Below the pieces are notes generated by a model, which made no database searches, was not told where the DNA came from, and was given only the letters and a program-made list of their open reading frames with translations. The translations under genes were made by a program, and so were the position numbers. From Gemmatimonadota bacterium (GTDB lineage: Bacteria > Gemmatimonadota > Gemmatimonadetes > Gemmatimonadales > GWC2-71-9): a stretch of DNA of 64,000 nt. Below, piece by piece: positions 1 through 10,429 of this stretch. Each line of letters opens with the position of its first letter. Within the stretch, counting starts at the first letter, position 1. The stretch covers positions 28,426-92,425 of the forward strand of contig JAZDCY010000098.1 of assembly GCA_036679645.1 (NCBI GenBank), given 5' to 3'.

Positions 1-560
1 CCAAGTCTGTCGAGGGCCGCCTCCAGTTTGTGATTAGAGTAGGGAGCCACCGTAAGGGTCTGTGCCAGTTGCTTGACTCTCAGGAGCCATGCTTCCTGCG
101 TTGTCGTCGTTTCCGCATCGTAGGATGTCTGCTTCGCTGCGTAGGCCAGCTTTGGCCGTTGGCTCAATTCGGGAACGCCGAGAAACTTGAGCACGTCACT
201 TTCAAGCACATCGGTGTTTTTTGACGCCGTAATCCACCCCCGAATCGACATCTCTCGAACGGGACACCGCTCCCGAAGCCGCGCCCTGCGTGAAATACGC
301 TTCGGTGCGGCTTCGGTGTTGGTCAAGCGGTAGGCGGCCTCTAGGTTGAGCCACAACTCGGCACCCGTGCCCAACGCTGCCGCCAGCTCCTTGGCGATCT
401 CGGGGGTAATAGCACGCTTCCCCTTCACAATCTGGCTGACCGCAGAAGCAGGTCGGCCGATAATGTCTGCGAACTCTGCCTGGCTCCAGCCCCGTGCGTC
501 TAACTCGTCGCTCAGGTACTCACCAGGAGGGAATGTCTCTGCTGGGATGCGCGTATTCAT
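1..560 (-). CDS. higA: HigA-family antitoxin (XRE HTH with long C-terminal extension), truncated by window edge
   Basis: Manual translation from ATG at 560: MNTRIPAETFPPGEYLSDELDARGWSQAEFADIIGRPASAVSQIVKGKRAITPEIAKELAAALGTGAELWLNLEAAY..., the typical HigA PPGE..L / ITPE.A..L / WLNL motifs; open to position 1; SD-like GAGGGTGG upstream. Confidence 0.85.
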   Translation of the reverse strand, partial: MNTRIPAETFPPGEYLSDELDARGWSQAEFADIIGRPASAVSQIVKGKRAITPEIAKELAAALGTGAELWLNLEAAYRLTNTEAAPKRISRRARLRERCPVREMSIRGWITASKNTDVLESDVLKFLGVPELSQRPKLAYAAKQTSYDAETTTTQEAWLLRVKQLAQTLTVAPYSNHKLEAALDRL

Positions 561-576
561 CGGTACACCACCCTCG

Positions 577-873
577 TCAGTGGTAGTCGACAATCTCTAT
601 CACTCCAATTCGTTTCTTGGGCGCCTCGCCGCGAATCTCCAAAATCAGGCGCCATTGGTCGTTCAGTTTCATCGAGTGCTGGTCGGCGCGATCTCTTTCG
701 AGCTTTTTGAAGTTGAGACCGCGCATGGCGTACAGATCGCGTTCGTCCACGGCAGCGCGAATGAACCCAATCGCCTTCCGGAACCCCTTCACAATGGCTG
801 GCGCTAACCCGGCCGTGAATCCGGGGTCTGTTTCCAGCCGATCAAGGTCAGGATCGTCATACTCGATTTCCAT
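577..873 (-). CDS. higB: HigB/RelE-family toxin (plasmid maintenance killer type)
   Basis: 98 aa with GLNFKKL..DR..QHSMKLNDQWRLI...IEIVDYH motifs; toxin gene upstream of antitoxin. Confidence 0.9.
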   Translation of the reverse strand: MEIEYDDPDLDRLETDPGFTAGLAPAIVKGFRKAIGFIRAAVDERDLYAMRGLNFKKLERDRADQHSMKLNDQWRLILEIRGEAPKKRIGVIEIVDYH

Positions 874-981
874 GCCCTAGTACATTAAGCCTTGAGCGCA
901 GTTACCGCAATAGCGAAATTATGAAATTCGGTAATTCGCTGCCTGACCTTGCTTGAGCATTTGACTAGGTTGCCTGTGACA

Positions 982-1827
982 ATGAATAAGCTCCCCGTTG
1001 CAAGGCAGGCGGCCATTCTCCGGGCCCTCACGGAAGGCAACTCCAGCCGGGCGACCGCCCGGCTGGTCGGGATCTCCAAGACGACGGTTCTCAAGCTCCT
1101 GGTCGAGGTGGGGGAGTTCTGTGAGTTTTACCAGGACAAAGTCCTGCGGAACCTGCCGTGCACGCGGATCGAGGCCGGCGAGATTTGGGCCTTCGTCGGG
1201 GCCAAGCAGAAGCGCGCCACCCGGAAGGGCGACGGGGACATTTGGACATTCACGGCGATCTGTGCCGACACCAAGCTCATGGTCTCGTGGTCGGTCGGGT
1301 ATCGGACTCACGCGTATGCCCACGCCTTCATCGAGGATGTGGCCTCGCGACTAACCAACAGAGTCCAGTTCACCACGGACGGCCACCACATGTACCTGTC
1401 GGCGGTCGAAGAAGCCTTCGGCTACGGCGGCGTGGACTACGCGCAACTGGTGAAGATTTACAAGTCAGCGCCTGGTGTCGGATACAGCCCCGGCGAGTGC
1501 ATCGGGACTCAGAAGGAACGGATCATGGGGCGGCCCGATCCCGAGAACGTGTCCACCAGTTACGTGGAGCGGTCAAACCTCAGCATCCGAATGGGGATGC
1601 GGCGGTTCACCCGGTTGACGAACGCCTTCAGCAAGAAGGTGGAGAACCACGCGCACGCCGTGGCCCTCTACTTCATGCATTACAACTTCTGCCGCCCGCA
1701 TCAGACGCTGACGAAGAAGGCCAACGGAGTGAAGGTCACGCCCGCAATGGCGAACGGGTTGACGGACCGGGTGTGGACGATGGAAGACGTTTTGGACCGC
1801 ATGAATCCAGCTCGATTGTTACAATGA
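982..1827 (+). CDS. IS1-family transposase (single ORF, HTH + DDE)
   Basis: EGNS.RATARL.G.SK.TV HTH, EIW.FV..KQK, TTDG, TSYVERSNL..RM..RRFTRLTNAFSKK, YNFCRPH motifs; ATG at 982. Confidence 0.9.
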   Translation: MNKLPVARQAAILRALTEGNSSRATARLVGISKTTVLKLLVEVGEFCEFYQDKVLRNLPCTRIEAGEIWAFVGAKQKRATRKGDGDIWTFTAICADTKLMVSWSVGYRTHAYAHAFIEDVASRLTNRVQFTTDGHHMYLSAVEEAFGYGGVDYAQLVKIYKSAPGVGYSPGECIGTQKERIMGRPDPENVSTSYVERSNLSIRMGMRRFTRLTNAFSKKVENHAHAVALYFMHYNFCRPHQTLTKKANGVKVTPAMANGLTDRVWTMEDVLDRMNPARLLQ

Positions 1828-1858
1828 ACATGGGCCACTACCCGCCGTAACCCCTCAC

Positions 1859-1887
1859 TTGCGGTACATTTAGGCCCTCTCTATATT
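1859..1887 (+). promoter_or_regulatory. Putative sigma70 promoter for rpmJ-rplQ
   Basis: TTGCGG-17 nt-TATATT, 41 nt upstream of rpmJ start. Confidence 0.55.
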
Positions 1888-1928
1888 TACCGTTCTGGCC
1901 GCGATTTCTTGATACAAGGAGTGCGTTC

Positions 1929-2045
1929 TTGAAAGTTCGCTCGAGCGTTCGCCCCATGTGCGAGCACTGCAAAGTGGTCCGTCGCCGTGGTGTCACGCTC
2001 ATCACCTGCAAGCGCAATCCCAAGCACAAGCAACGGCAGGGATAA
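1929..2045 (+). CDS. rpmJ: 50S ribosomal protein L36
   Basis: Not in ORF track; TTG start after [44 protein letters not shown]. Confidence 0.97.
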   Translation: MKVRSSVRPMCEHCKVVRRRGVTLITCKRNPKHKQRQG

Positions 2046-2049
2046 AACC

Positions 2050-2430
2050 ATGGCGCGCATTGCAGGTGTCGATCTTCCGAGAGAGAAACGTGTCGAGATT
2101 GCCCTCACGTACATCTTTGGTGTGGGGCGGACGACGTCGCTGCGTATCCTCGACGAAACGGCCATCTCGGGCGACACGCGGGTCCGGGATCTGTCCGATG
2201 CCGAGGTAGCGCGGCTACGGCAGGCCATCGAGCGCGGGGTCAAGGTTGAGGGCGCGCTGCGCACAGAGGTCGCCATGAACATCAAGCGGCTCATGGACAT
2301 TGGGAGCTATCGGGGCATGCGGCACCGACGCGGCCTGCCGGTGCACGGACAACGGACGCACACCAACGCGCGCACCAAGAAGGGGCCGCGCCGTGCAATT
2401 GCCGGGAGAAAGAAAGCGGTGAAGAAATAG
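2050..2430 (+). CDS. rpsM: 30S ribosomal protein S13
   Basis: [33 protein letters not shown]. Confidence 0.98.
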   Translation: MARIAGVDLPREKRVEIALTYIFGVGRTTSLRILDETAISGDTRVRDLSDAEVARLRQAIERGVKVEGALRTEVAMNIKRLMDIGSYRGMRHRRGLPVHGQRTHTNARTKKGPRRAIAGRKKAVKK

Positions 2431-2811
2431 ATGGCGAGCACAGGCGCAAAGCGAAAAAAAGTCGTCGAATCGGAAGGGGTCGCGCACATCACTGCGACCT
2501 TCAACAATACGCTCATTACGATCACAGACCTGCGCGGGAACACCGTTGCCTGGGGTTCCGCCGGGAAATCCGGGTTCAAGGGATCCAAGAAGTCAACGTC
2601 CTTTGCCGCCACGGTGGCGGCCGAAAACTGTGGACGTGAGGCGTCTAACCTCGGTGTGAAGAAGGTGCACGTGCGCGTGCAGGGTCCCGGTTCCGGACGT
2701 GAGTCGGCCGTTCAGGCGCTCGCTTCTGCCGGTCTGCAGATTCTGTCGATTCGCGACGTGACGCCGATTCCGCACAACGGGTGTCGGCCACCCAAGAAAC
2801 GGCGGGTCTGA
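2431..2811 (+). CDS. rpsK: 30S ribosomal protein S11
   Basis: [36 protein letters not shown]. Confidence 0.98.
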   Translation: MASTGAKRKKVVESEGVAHITATFNNTLITITDLRGNTVAWGSAGKSGFKGSKKSTSFAATVAAENCGREASNLGVKKVHVRVQGPGSGRESAVQALASAGLQILSIRDVTPIPHNGCRPPKKRRV

Positions 2812-2813
2812 TC

Positions 2814-3449
2814 ATGGGGCGTTACACGGGACCTGCCTGCAGGCTGTGTCGCCGGGAGACCACCAAGCTCTTTCTGAAGGGGACCCGGTGCATTACCGAC
2901 AAGTGTGCTATCGAGCGGCGTGGGTACGCGCCCGGGCAGCACGGCCAGTCAACGGGCCGTCGGCGTAAGACGTCCGAGTACGCACGCCAGTTGCGGGAGA
3001 AGCAAAAAGTCAAACGAATCTACGGGCTCTCGGAGCGGCAGTTCCGGATCATGTTTCGTAAGGTCCGCAATCAGCCAGGTGTCACTGGCGCCAACCTGAT
3101 GATCGCCCTCGAGAGCCGGCTCGATAACCTCGTCTACCGCATGGGGTTTGCTCCCAGCCGCAGGGCGGCTCGGCAGCTCGTGCTGCATCGCCACATTCGC
3201 GTGAACGGGCAAACGGTGGATATCCCGTCGTACGCCCTCAAGCCGCGCGACGAGGTGCAGGTGCGGGAAGGGACACGCGATTCCGCGATGGTGCGGGCGG
3301 CACTCGAGAACGCGCAACGTGGGGCCCCGATTGCGTGGCTCACCATAGATCCCGAAAAGGCGTCCGGGAAGCTGGCTGAAGTACCAACACGCGATGCGAT
3401 TCCTGTCGCTGCACAGGAGCAACTGATCGTCGAGCTCTACTCGAAGTAG
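2814..3449 (+). CDS. rpsD: 30S ribosomal protein S4 (Cys/zinc form)
   Basis: MGRYTGPACRLCRR, PGQHG, LESRLDN, LIVELYSK. Confidence 0.98.
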   Translation: MGRYTGPACRLCRRETTKLFLKGTRCITDKCAIERRGYAPGQHGQSTGRRRKTSEYARQLREKQKVKRIYGLSERQFRIMFRKVRNQPGVTGANLMIALESRLDNLVYRMGFAPSRRAARQLVLHRHIRVNGQTVDIPSYALKPRDEVQVREGTRDSAMVRAALENAQRGAPIAWLTIDPEKASGKLAEVPTRDAIPVAAQEQLIVELYSK

Positions 3450-3451
3450 CC

Positions 3452-4516
3452 ATGAATATCGATCTTACTGGTCTCGTCCGTGCCTCCGTGGTCGAAATGA
3501 CCAAGCGCGAGGAAGATCCTTTTGCCGCAGAGTTCCGACTTCAGCCCTTGGAGCGGGGGTACGGGTACACCCTCGGGAACGCGTTACGCCGCATGCTGCT
3601 GGCGTCGTTGCGTGGTACCGCCGTCTGGGGGTTCCGGTTGGAGGGTGTGGTGCATGAGCACCAGACGGTGCCGGGGGTCGTCGAAGATATCCACCAGATC
3701 ATCCGGCGGCTCAAACAGCTGACGCTGGTCCTTGCGGACGACGTGGACGAGGCGGTGCTCAACATCAATGCCGAAAAGGCGGGCCCTGTCTACGGCCGGG
3801 ATATCCAGCCGCACGGCTCGGTCGATATCGTCAATCCCGATCACCTCCTGTTCACGCTGCAGGAGGACCGCGAGATCACCGGCGAGCTTTATGTGAACAA
3901 GGGCCGCGGGTACGTGGAGGCATCTCAGCATCCCGTCGATCGCTCGCTGCCGGTGGATCTGGTGCGGATCGACTCGATCTACAATCCCGTCCGGCGCGCC
4001 AACTTCACCGTAGCCGAGACGCGCGTCGGTCAGCGCACCGATTTCGATCGTCTGACGATCTCGGTGGAGACGAACGGAACGATCTCGCCAGAAGATGCCG
4101 TAGCATACGGGGCCGCACTGCTCCAAGAGCATTTCCGGGCGTTCCTGGATTTCGGCAAGGTCCCCACGGTGGCCGACGTGCCCGCCGAGGGCGAGACCGA
4201 TGGCGCGCAAATGCGGGATCTGCTCTCCAAGCCAATCGACGACTGCGGGCTCTCGGTCCGATCGATAAACTCGCTCAAGAACTCGAGCATCAGCACCCTG
4301 GGAGATCTGGTCAAGTACACGGAAGATGATCTCCTCAAGGTGAAGAATGTTGGAGAGAAGGCGCTGTCCGAGATCTCGGAGCTGCTACGCCGCGAAAACC
4401 TGAACTTCGGGATGTCGTTTGAAGATCGGGGCGATGATTTCGTCGTGACGAGTGGGGGCCATCCGCCGGCAGATATGGTGGCGGCGCCGGACATGGTAGC
4501 GGCGGCGGAGGAGTAG
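3452..4516 (+). CDS. rpoA: RNA polymerase alpha subunit
   Basis: PLERGYGYTLGNALRR, TRVGQRTDFDRL, LSVRS.N.LK CTD. Confidence 0.98.
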   Translation: MNIDLTGLVRASVVEMTKREEDPFAAEFRLQPLERGYGYTLGNALRRMLLASLRGTAVWGFRLEGVVHEHQTVPGVVEDIHQIIRRLKQLTLVLADDVDEAVLNINAEKAGPVYGRDIQPHGSVDIVNPDHLLFTLQEDREITGELYVNKGRGYVEASQHPVDRSLPVDLVRIDSIYNPVRRANFTVAETRVGQRTDFDRLTISVETNGTISPEDAVAYGAALLQEHFRAFLDFGKVPTVADVPAEGETDGAQMRDLLSKPIDDCGLSVRSINSLKNSSISTLGDLVKYTEDDLLKVKNVGEKALSEISELLRRENLNFGMSFEDRGDDFVVTSGGHPPADMVAAPDMVAAAEE

Positions 4517-4523
4517 CGAGGCC

Positions 4524-4880
4524 ATGCGGCATCGCGTCAAGGGGCGCCAGTTATCTCGGACCGCGAGTCACCGGCGTGCCATGCTCGGCAACATGGCCAC
4601 CGATCTCTTTCGCCACGAAGGGATCGTGACGACCCAGGCCAAGGCCAAGGAACTCCGTCCCTATGCCGAGAAACTCATCACGCTCGCGCGGCGCGGAGAT
4701 CTTCACGCCCGCCGCCAGGTCGAACGCAAGATCCGCGATCGTACGGTCGCCGGCCGGCTCTTCAAGGAGATTGGTCCGCGATTCGCGGGGCGACCGGGCG
4801 GGTACACACGTATCGTCAAGTTGGGGCACCGGTCCGGAGACGGCGCCGAAATGGCGCGCATCGAACTGCTAGAGGAGTGA
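4524..4880 (+). CDS. rplQ: 50S ribosomal protein L17
   Basis: MRHR..GR.LSRT.SHR.A; RPGGYTRIVK. Confidence 0.98.
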   Translation: MRHRVKGRQLSRTASHRRAMLGNMATDLFRHEGIVTTQAKAKELRPYAEKLITLARRGDLHARRQVERKIRDRTVAGRLFKEIGPRFAGRPGGYTRIVKLGHRSGDGAEMARIELLEE

Positions 4881-4904
4881 GCGGGAACGGCGGCCAACGA
4901 ATGC

Positions 4905-4932
4905 AAAACGGGGACCTGCGGGTCCCCGTTTT
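4905..4932. terminator. Bidirectional intrinsic terminator between convergent rplQ and rpmB
   Basis: AAAACGGGGACC-TGCG-GGTCCCCGTTTT perfect hairpin with T-tracts on both strands. Confidence 0.85.
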
Positions 4933-4956
4933 CTTGGCGGCTACGTCGTGTACGTG

Positions 4957-5172
4957 CTAGCCGGCAGCGACCGCCGGCCCGCGCGGCGCTCTCACCACAC
5001 GCCCCGACTTGATGCACTGGGTGCAAGCTCGGATCCGGCGCGACTTGCCGTCAATCAACGCCCGAACGGGCTGCAGATTGGGATACCAACGCCGGTTGGT
5101 CTTATTGTTCGCGTGGCTGACGTTGTGCCCGAACCGCGGGCCCTTGCCACAGATATCACACGTGCGTGCCAT
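4957..5172 (-). CDS. rpmB: 50S ribosomal protein L28
   Basis: [31 protein letters not shown]. Confidence 0.97.
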   Translation of the reverse strand: MARTCDICGKGPRFGHNVSHANNKTNRRWYPNLQPVRALIDGKSRRIRACTQCIKSGRVVRAPRGPAVAAG

Positions 5173-5272
5173 AGTTGTTACTCGTAACGTGAGTTTCCAG
5201 AATGATCTACAGAATATGGAAAGCTAGCCGTACCGGGCCCGACCTTCAACCCTTACAGGAAGGCTGAGTCCC

Positions 5273-6241
5273 GTGCCTACCGCGCTGATCACCGGCGTCA
5301 CCGGCCAGGATGGTTCCTACCTCGCCGAGTTTCTGCTGGAGCAGGGGTACCGCGTCGTCGGTGTAGTGCGCCGCACTTCGCACGACTCGTACGAGCGCAT
5401 CGGTCATCTGCTGGACCGGGTGGAGATCGTCCCCGCAGATCTGCTCGACCAGCACTCTCTGACTATGGTCATCAGGGACGTCGAGCCCGACGAGATCTAC
5501 AACCTCGCGGCCCAAAGCTTCGTGCCCACCAGTTGGACCCAACCTGTGCTGACCGGTGAGTTCACGGCCCTCGGTGTGACTCGGCTGCTCGAAGCTGTTC
5601 GGTTGGCGCGGCCGCAGGCCAGGTTCTACCAGGCGTCGTCTTCCGAGATGTTCGGGAAGGCGCGCGAGACCCCGCAGTCGGAAACGACCGCGTTTCACCC
5701 GCGGTCTCCCTACGGCGTCGCCAAGGTGTACGGGCACTGGATTACGGTGAACTACCGCGAGTCCTACGACATCTATGCGGTGAGCGGCATGCTCTTCAAC
5801 CATGAATCTCCGCGCAGAGGTCTGGAGTTCGTGACGCGCAAGATCACCGACGGGGTGGCGCGAATCAAACTCGGGCTGAGCGACGAGTTGCGGCTTGGTA
5901 ATCTCGACGCTCAGCGGGATTGGGGCTTTGCAGGCGACTACGTGCGCGCGATGTGGTTGATGTTGCAGCAGTCCACCCCCGATGACTTCGTTATCGGATC
6001 AGGCAAGACCCACGCCGTACGCGAGTTCGTAGAACTGGCCTTCGGGCACGTGGATCTCGACTGGAAACAGCATGTGCGGATCGATCAGCGGTTCGTCCGA
6101 CCCGCCGAGGTGGATCTGCTGCTCGCCGATCCCCGCAAGGCGCGCGACCAGTTGGGATGGGAACCGACGGTGAGTTTCCCCGAGCTTGTCACCATGATGG
6201 TGGACGCCGACCTCGAACGACTGGACGGTCACGGGCGGTGA
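5273..6241 (+). CDS. gmd: GDP-mannose 4,6-dehydratase
   Basis: [43 protein letters not shown]. Confidence 0.95.
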   Translation: MPTALITGVTGQDGSYLAEFLLEQGYRVVGVVRRTSHDSYERIGHLLDRVEIVPADLLDQHSLTMVIRDVEPDEIYNLAAQSFVPTSWTQPVLTGEFTALGVTRLLEAVRLARPQARFYQASSSEMFGKARETPQSETTAFHPRSPYGVAKVYGHWITVNYRESYDIYAVSGMLFNHESPRRGLEFVTRKITDGVARIKLGLSDELRLGNLDAQRDWGFAGDYVRAMWLMLQQSTPDDFVIGSGKTHAVREFVELAFGHVDLDWKQHVRIDQRFVRPAEVDLLLADPRKARDQLGWEPTVSFPELVTMMVDADLERLDGHGR

Positions 6242-7164
6242 GAATCCTCGTCACGGGTGCCGACGGGTTCGTGGGGAGGCATGCCGTCGCGCGGTTCGGC
6301 CGTCTCGGTCACGACGTGACGGCCGTGGTGAAGCGGGGGGCAGCACCTGTCGACGCGGCGCGGTGTAGTGAGATGGATCTCGCCGACCGGGCAAGCGTCG
6401 CCGCGTTGGCCGATCCCGATGTGGAGGCGGTAGTGCACCTGGCAGCGGTGGCGTCAGGCGGCGACGCGCGACGAGATCCGGGCGCGGCGTGGGAGGTCAA
6501 CGCGGCTGGGACAGCGAGAGTCTGCGAGGTGTTTGGTCAACTCCAGGCCGAGGGTCGCTCGGATCCACTCGTACTCGTCGTGTCGACCGCCGAGGTGTAT
6601 GGGCAGGGGGAAGCGCGGCTGCGCACCGAGCGTGACGTTCCCGCACCCTGCTCGCCGTATGCAGCGTCCAAGCTCGGCGCCGAGATTGCGGCTCAGGAGG
6701 TGGCCCGGCGCACGGGTCTTCGGGTGGTTGTCGTTCGCGCCTTTCCGCATTCGGGCGCGGGGCACGATACCCGATTCGTGCTTCCGGCGTTCGCGCGGCG
6801 ACTGATAGCGGCAAAGGCGGCGGGCGAGCGAACCGTTGCGGTGGGGAACGTGGATCCGATTCGCGATTTCCTACACGTTTCCGATGTCGTGGACGCCTAC
6901 GTGGCCCTGCTGGCGGACGGAGAGCCCGGTGAGGTTTATAATGTGGCGTCGGGGGAGGGCCATAGCATCCGGGACCTCTTCGGGAAACTCGCGCACCTCG
7001 TCGGTGCGACGGTCGCCCCAGCGGTGGATCCGCACATGGTTCGCTCCGCGGAGATCGCGCATCTGGTCGGTGATGCTTCAAAGCTGCGTACACGAACAGG
7101 GTGGGAGCCTCGCGAGACCATTGATACCATGCTAGCAGAGATCGTACGTGCCCAAGCGAACTGA
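6238..7164 (+). CDS. Extended SDR, probable GDP-4-keto-6-deoxy-D-mannose reductase (Rmd-like)
   Basis: GTG start overlapping gmd stop; [38 protein letters not shown]; adjacency to gmd. Confidence 0.7.
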   Translation: MRILVTGADGFVGRHAVARFGRLGHDVTAVVKRGAAPVDAARCSEMDLADRASVAALADPDVEAVVHLAAVASGGDARRDPGAAWEVNAAGTARVCEVFGQLQAEGRSDPLVLVVSTAEVYGQGEARLRTERDVPAPCSPYAASKLGAEIAAQEVARRTGLRVVVVRAFPHSGAGHDTRFVLPAFARRLIAAKAAGERTVAVGNVDPIRDFLHVSDVVDAYVALLADGEPGEVYNVASGEGHSIRDLFGKLAHLVGATVAPAVDPHMVRSAEIAHLVGDASKLRTRTGWEPRETIDTMLAEIVRAQAN

Positions 7165-10100
7165 CATCGAGAGCATCCTGCTGATAGGCTCGGGGCCCAT
7201 CGTCATCGGCCAGGGTGCGGAATTCGACTATTCGGGCACGCAGGCGGTCAGGGCGCTGCGCGAAGAGGGGTACCGGGTGATCCTGGTCAACTCGAATCCC
7301 GCGACGATCATGACCGACCCCGAGATGGCAGACCGGACGTACATCGAGCCCGTGACGCCGCAGTGGGTCACTAAGGTGATCGACCGCGAGCAGCCGGACG
7401 CGCTCCTGCCCACCATGGGCGGTCAGACTGCGCTGAACGTCGCCATCAGCCTGGCAGACGACGGGACCTTGGACAAATACGGGATCGAATTGATCGGGGC
7501 CGACGCGCGCGCCATTCGCATGGCCGAAGATCGCAAGGCCTTTGCGGAGGCAATGGAGCGGATCGGGCTGGCGGTCCCGCCCGGTGCGCTGGTTGCCAGT
7601 TTTGACGAGGCGGTGGCTGCCGCAGAGGTCACGGGGTTTCCGGCAATCATCCGACCCTCTTTCACGTTGGGAGGGACTGGCGGAGGTGTCGCGTACAACC
7701 GGAAGGAGTTCGAGCAGGTTGTTCGTCGAGCGCTGGATCTCTCACCCGTTGGAACGACACTCGTCGAGCAGTCGGTACTCGGCTGGAAGGAGTTCGAGCT
7801 CGAGGTAATGCGCGACCAACGGGATAATGTCGTGATCGTTTGCTCGATCGAGAACATCGATCCCATGGGCGTGCATACAGGCGACTCGATCACCGTTGCG
7901 CCCGCCATGACGCTGACGGACCGCGAGTACCAGACCATGCGGGATTCAGCCATTGCCATTATCCGTGAAGTGGGCGTGGCGGCCGGCGGCTGTAACATTC
8001 AATTCGCCGTTCATCCCGAGACCGGAGAGCAGGTGGTCATCGAGATGAACCCCCGCGTGTCCCGCTCATCGGCACTCGCATCAAAGGCGACCGGATTTCC
8101 CATAGCCCGCATAGGCGCCAAGCTGGCGGTCGGGTTCACGCTCGACGAACTACCCAACGACATCACGCGCACCACGCCGGCGTCCTTCGAACCGGTGTTG
8201 GACTACGTGGTGGTGAAGTGTCCGCGCTTCGCCTTTGAGAAATTCCCGACGGCCGATGTCGAACTCACAACACAGATGAAGTCCGTTGGGGAGTCCATGG
8301 CGATTGGGCGGACCTTCAAGGAAGCCTTTCAGAAAGGCCTGCGCGCTCTCGAAATCGACCGACCCGGTTGGACGACGGCCGCCAATCCCGAGGACGACAG
8401 GTTGGAATCGGGCGATGCGGATGATCTGCGTGCCGCCCTGCGACACCCCACACCCGAGCGGATCTTCCAGGTGAAGCGGGCACTGCTCGCCGGCTTCCAG
8501 GTCGAGGAAATCGCGGCGCTCACTGCGATCGATCCGTGGTTCCTAGGGCAACTGGCGGAGCTAGTCGAGGCAGAACGAGACTTTGCGGAAGCGCCGGCGA
8601 TCGACCGGGACACGCTGCGCGGGATGAAACGCGTTGGGTTCTCCGACGCACAATTGGCCGACTTGCGAGGAACGACGGAAGACGACATCCGCGCTCAGCG
8701 CTGGGAGCTGGGTCTCCACCCCAGCTTCAAGATGGTCGACACGTGCGCCGGTGAGTTTCCCTCAGCAACCCCGTATCTCTATTCGTCCTACGACGAGGAG
8801 AGCGAGTCGGAGCCGCTGGGTGCGGAGGGGGTCGTCATTCTCGGGAGCGGCCCAAACCGCATTGGGCAGGGTGTGGAGTTCGACTACTGCTGCGTGCGTG
8901 CGGGTCTCGCACTGCGCGAACTCGGGTTCCACACGATCATGATCAACTCGAATCCCGAGACCGTTTCTACCGACTTCGATATCTCCGACAAGCTGTACTT
9001 CGAGCCACTGACGTTCGAGGACGTGTTGGAGATCATCAGACTGGAGCGACCGAAGGGTGTTGTCGTTCAACTGGGCGGCCAAACTCCGCTGAAGCTCGCC
9101 AAAGGGCTCGAGGATGCCGGCGTGCCGATCCTGGGAACATCTCCCGAGGCCATCGATCTGGCCGAGGACCGCCAGCGCTTTGACGAACTCTCCCGTGAGC
9201 TCGGCGTACGGCAGCCACCCAACGGGACCGCGCGAGATGTGGCAGCAGCGGTGGAAATTGCCGACCGGGTGGGGTACCCGGTGCTGGTGCGCCCCTCGTA
9301 CGTTCTGGGTGGTCGTGCAATGGAGATCGTGTACGACGAGCCATCGCTGAGACGGTTCTTCGAGAAGGCTGTCCGCGTGGCGCCGGACCACCCGGTGCTG
9401 ATAGACCGTTTTCTCGAGGATGCGTTCGAGGCCGACGTCGACGCAATTGCCGACGGTACGCGGTGCGTCATTGGTGGCGTCATGCAGCACATCGAAGACG
9501 CGGGCATTCATTCCGGCGATTCGGCCTGTGTGCTTCCACCGTACCTCATTGGCGACGATGCGGTTCGGGCCATGCGCGAGTACACCAAGGGTTACGCAAA
9601 GGCCCTGGGTGTGGTTGGGCTGATCAACGTGCAGTACGCCGTAAAGGACGACGTGGTCTACGTGCTGGAGGTGAATCCCCGTGCCTCGCGTACCATCCCG
9701 TTTGTCAGCAAGGCGACGGGCGTACCGCTGGCCAAACTGGCCGCCGGTGTGATGGTGGGCCGGACTCTGGACGAGCTCGGCGTTCCGGACGAGATCCACG
9801 TGTCGAACGTCTCCGTCAAGGAGGCGGTATTCCCCTTCAACAAGCTCCCGAACGCGGCGATCGAGCTGGGGCCGGAGATGCGGTCGACGGGCGAGGTCAT
9901 GGGAATCGCTGACAGCTTCGGGATGGCCTTTGCCAAAGCGCAGATCGCCGCCGAGGGGTCGTTGCCGCTCAAAGGCACGGTCTTCGTTACCGTGAACGAC
10001 CCCGACAAACCGACCGTACTTCCCATCATGCGCCGGTTCCACGAGATGGGGTTCAGCATCTGTGCAACCGAGGGAACCGCCCGCTACCTCAAGACGCGCG

Positions 10101-10429
10101 GCGTGCCCGCCGAGACCGTTCTCAAGGCGCACGAGGGTCGGCCTAACGGATTGGATCTCATCGCGTCAGGTAGGGTCGATTTGCTGATCAATACCCCACT
10201 TGGCAAGCTGACCCAGCGAGATGACTATCTGCTTCGGAGAACGGCGCTACAACATCGTCTTCCGTACGTGACCACCATGTCCGCGGCCAGCGCCGCGTGC
10301 GACGCTGTACTGGCGCTCAAGAGCCGTGATGGCAGAGTATGCTGTCTCCAGGAATGGTATGAGATCGCCGGCGTTGGCCGGCGCTGGTTCTCGGAAGGCG
10401 GTGTGGCCGCGAGCACGCCGTCCACGTGA
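7148..10429 (+). CDS. carB: Carbamoyl-phosphate synthase large subunit
   Basis: [26 protein letters not shown]; duplicated ATP-grasp; C-terminal MGS domain. Confidence 0.98.
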   Translation: MPKRTDIESILLIGSGPIVIGQGAEFDYSGTQAVRALREEGYRVILVNSNPATIMTDPEMADRTYIEPVTPQWVTKVIDREQPDALLPTMGGQTALNVAISLADDGTLDKYGIELIGADARAIRMAEDRKAFAEAMERIGLAVPPGALVASFDEAVAAAEVTGFPAIIRPSFTLGGTGGGVAYNRKEFEQVVRRALDLSPVGTTLVEQSVLGWKEFELEVMRDQRDNVVIVCSIENIDPMGVHTGDSITVAPAMTLTDREYQTMRDSAIAIIREVGVAAGGCNIQFAVHPETGEQVVIEMNPRVSRSSALASKATGFPIARIGAKLAVGFTLDELPNDITRTTPASFEPVLDYVVVKCPRFAFEKFPTADVELTTQMKSVGESMAIGRTFKEAFQKGLRALEIDRPGWTTAANPEDDRLESGDADDLRAALRHPTPERIFQVKRALLAGFQVEEIAALTAIDPWFLGQLAELVEAERDFAEAPAIDRDTLRGMKRVGFSDAQLADLRGTTEDDIRAQRWELGLHPSFKMVDTCAGEFPSATPYLYSSYDEESESEPLGAEGVVILGSGPNRIGQGVEFDYCCVRAGLALRELGFHTIMINSNPETVSTDFDISDKLYFEPLTFEDVLEIIRLERPKGVVVQLGGQTPLKLAKGLEDAGVPILGTSPEAIDLAEDRQRFDELSRELGVRQPPNGTARDVAAAVEIADRVGYPVLVRPSYVLGGRAMEIVYDEPSLRRFFEKAVRVAPDHPVLIDRFLEDAFEADVDAIADGTRCVIGGVMQHIEDAGIHSGDSACVLPPYLIGDDAVRAMREYTKGYAKALGVVGLINVQYAVKDDVVYVLEVNPRASRTIPFVSKATGVPLAKLAAGVMVGRTLDELGVPDEIHVSNVSVKEAVFPFNKLPNAAIELGPEMRSTGEVMGIADSFGMAFAKAQIAAEGSLPLKGTVFVTVNDPDKPTVLPIMRRFHEMGFSICATEGTARYLKTRGVPAETVLKAHEGRPNGLDLIASGRVDLLINTPLGKLTQRDDYLLRRTALQHRLPYVTTMSAASAACDAVLALKSRDGRVCCLQEWYEIAGVGRRWFSEGGVAASTPST

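Larger units (their letters stand above)
1..1842. mobile_element. IS1-family element, possibly carrying higBA as passenger genes; right end at about 1842, left end not seen
   Basis: Transposase 982-1827 followed by TGGGCCACTACC (reverse complement GGTAGTGGCCCA, IS1-like GGTA.T terminus); no convincing matching left IR between higB and the transposase. Confidence 0.5.

Noticed and set aside
930..950. GGTAATTCGC as left IR of the IS
   Set aside because: Only 6 of the first 10 bases match the right end and similarity does not extend; GGTAGT at 582 inside higB is equally short
1987..2049. N-terminal extension of S13 in the ORF track
   Set aside because: Overlaps rpmJ in another frame; the real start is ATG 2050
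4468..4510. DMVAA duplication at the RpoA C-terminus
   Set aside because: Short 18-nt duplication in a disordered tail; no evidence of function
8762..10132. Long antisense ORFs (also 18496-19683, 29161-30501, 54555-56225, 60397-61581, 61630-62955)
   Set aside because: Shadow ORFs opposite well-supported genes in high-GC DNA; no recognisable motifs
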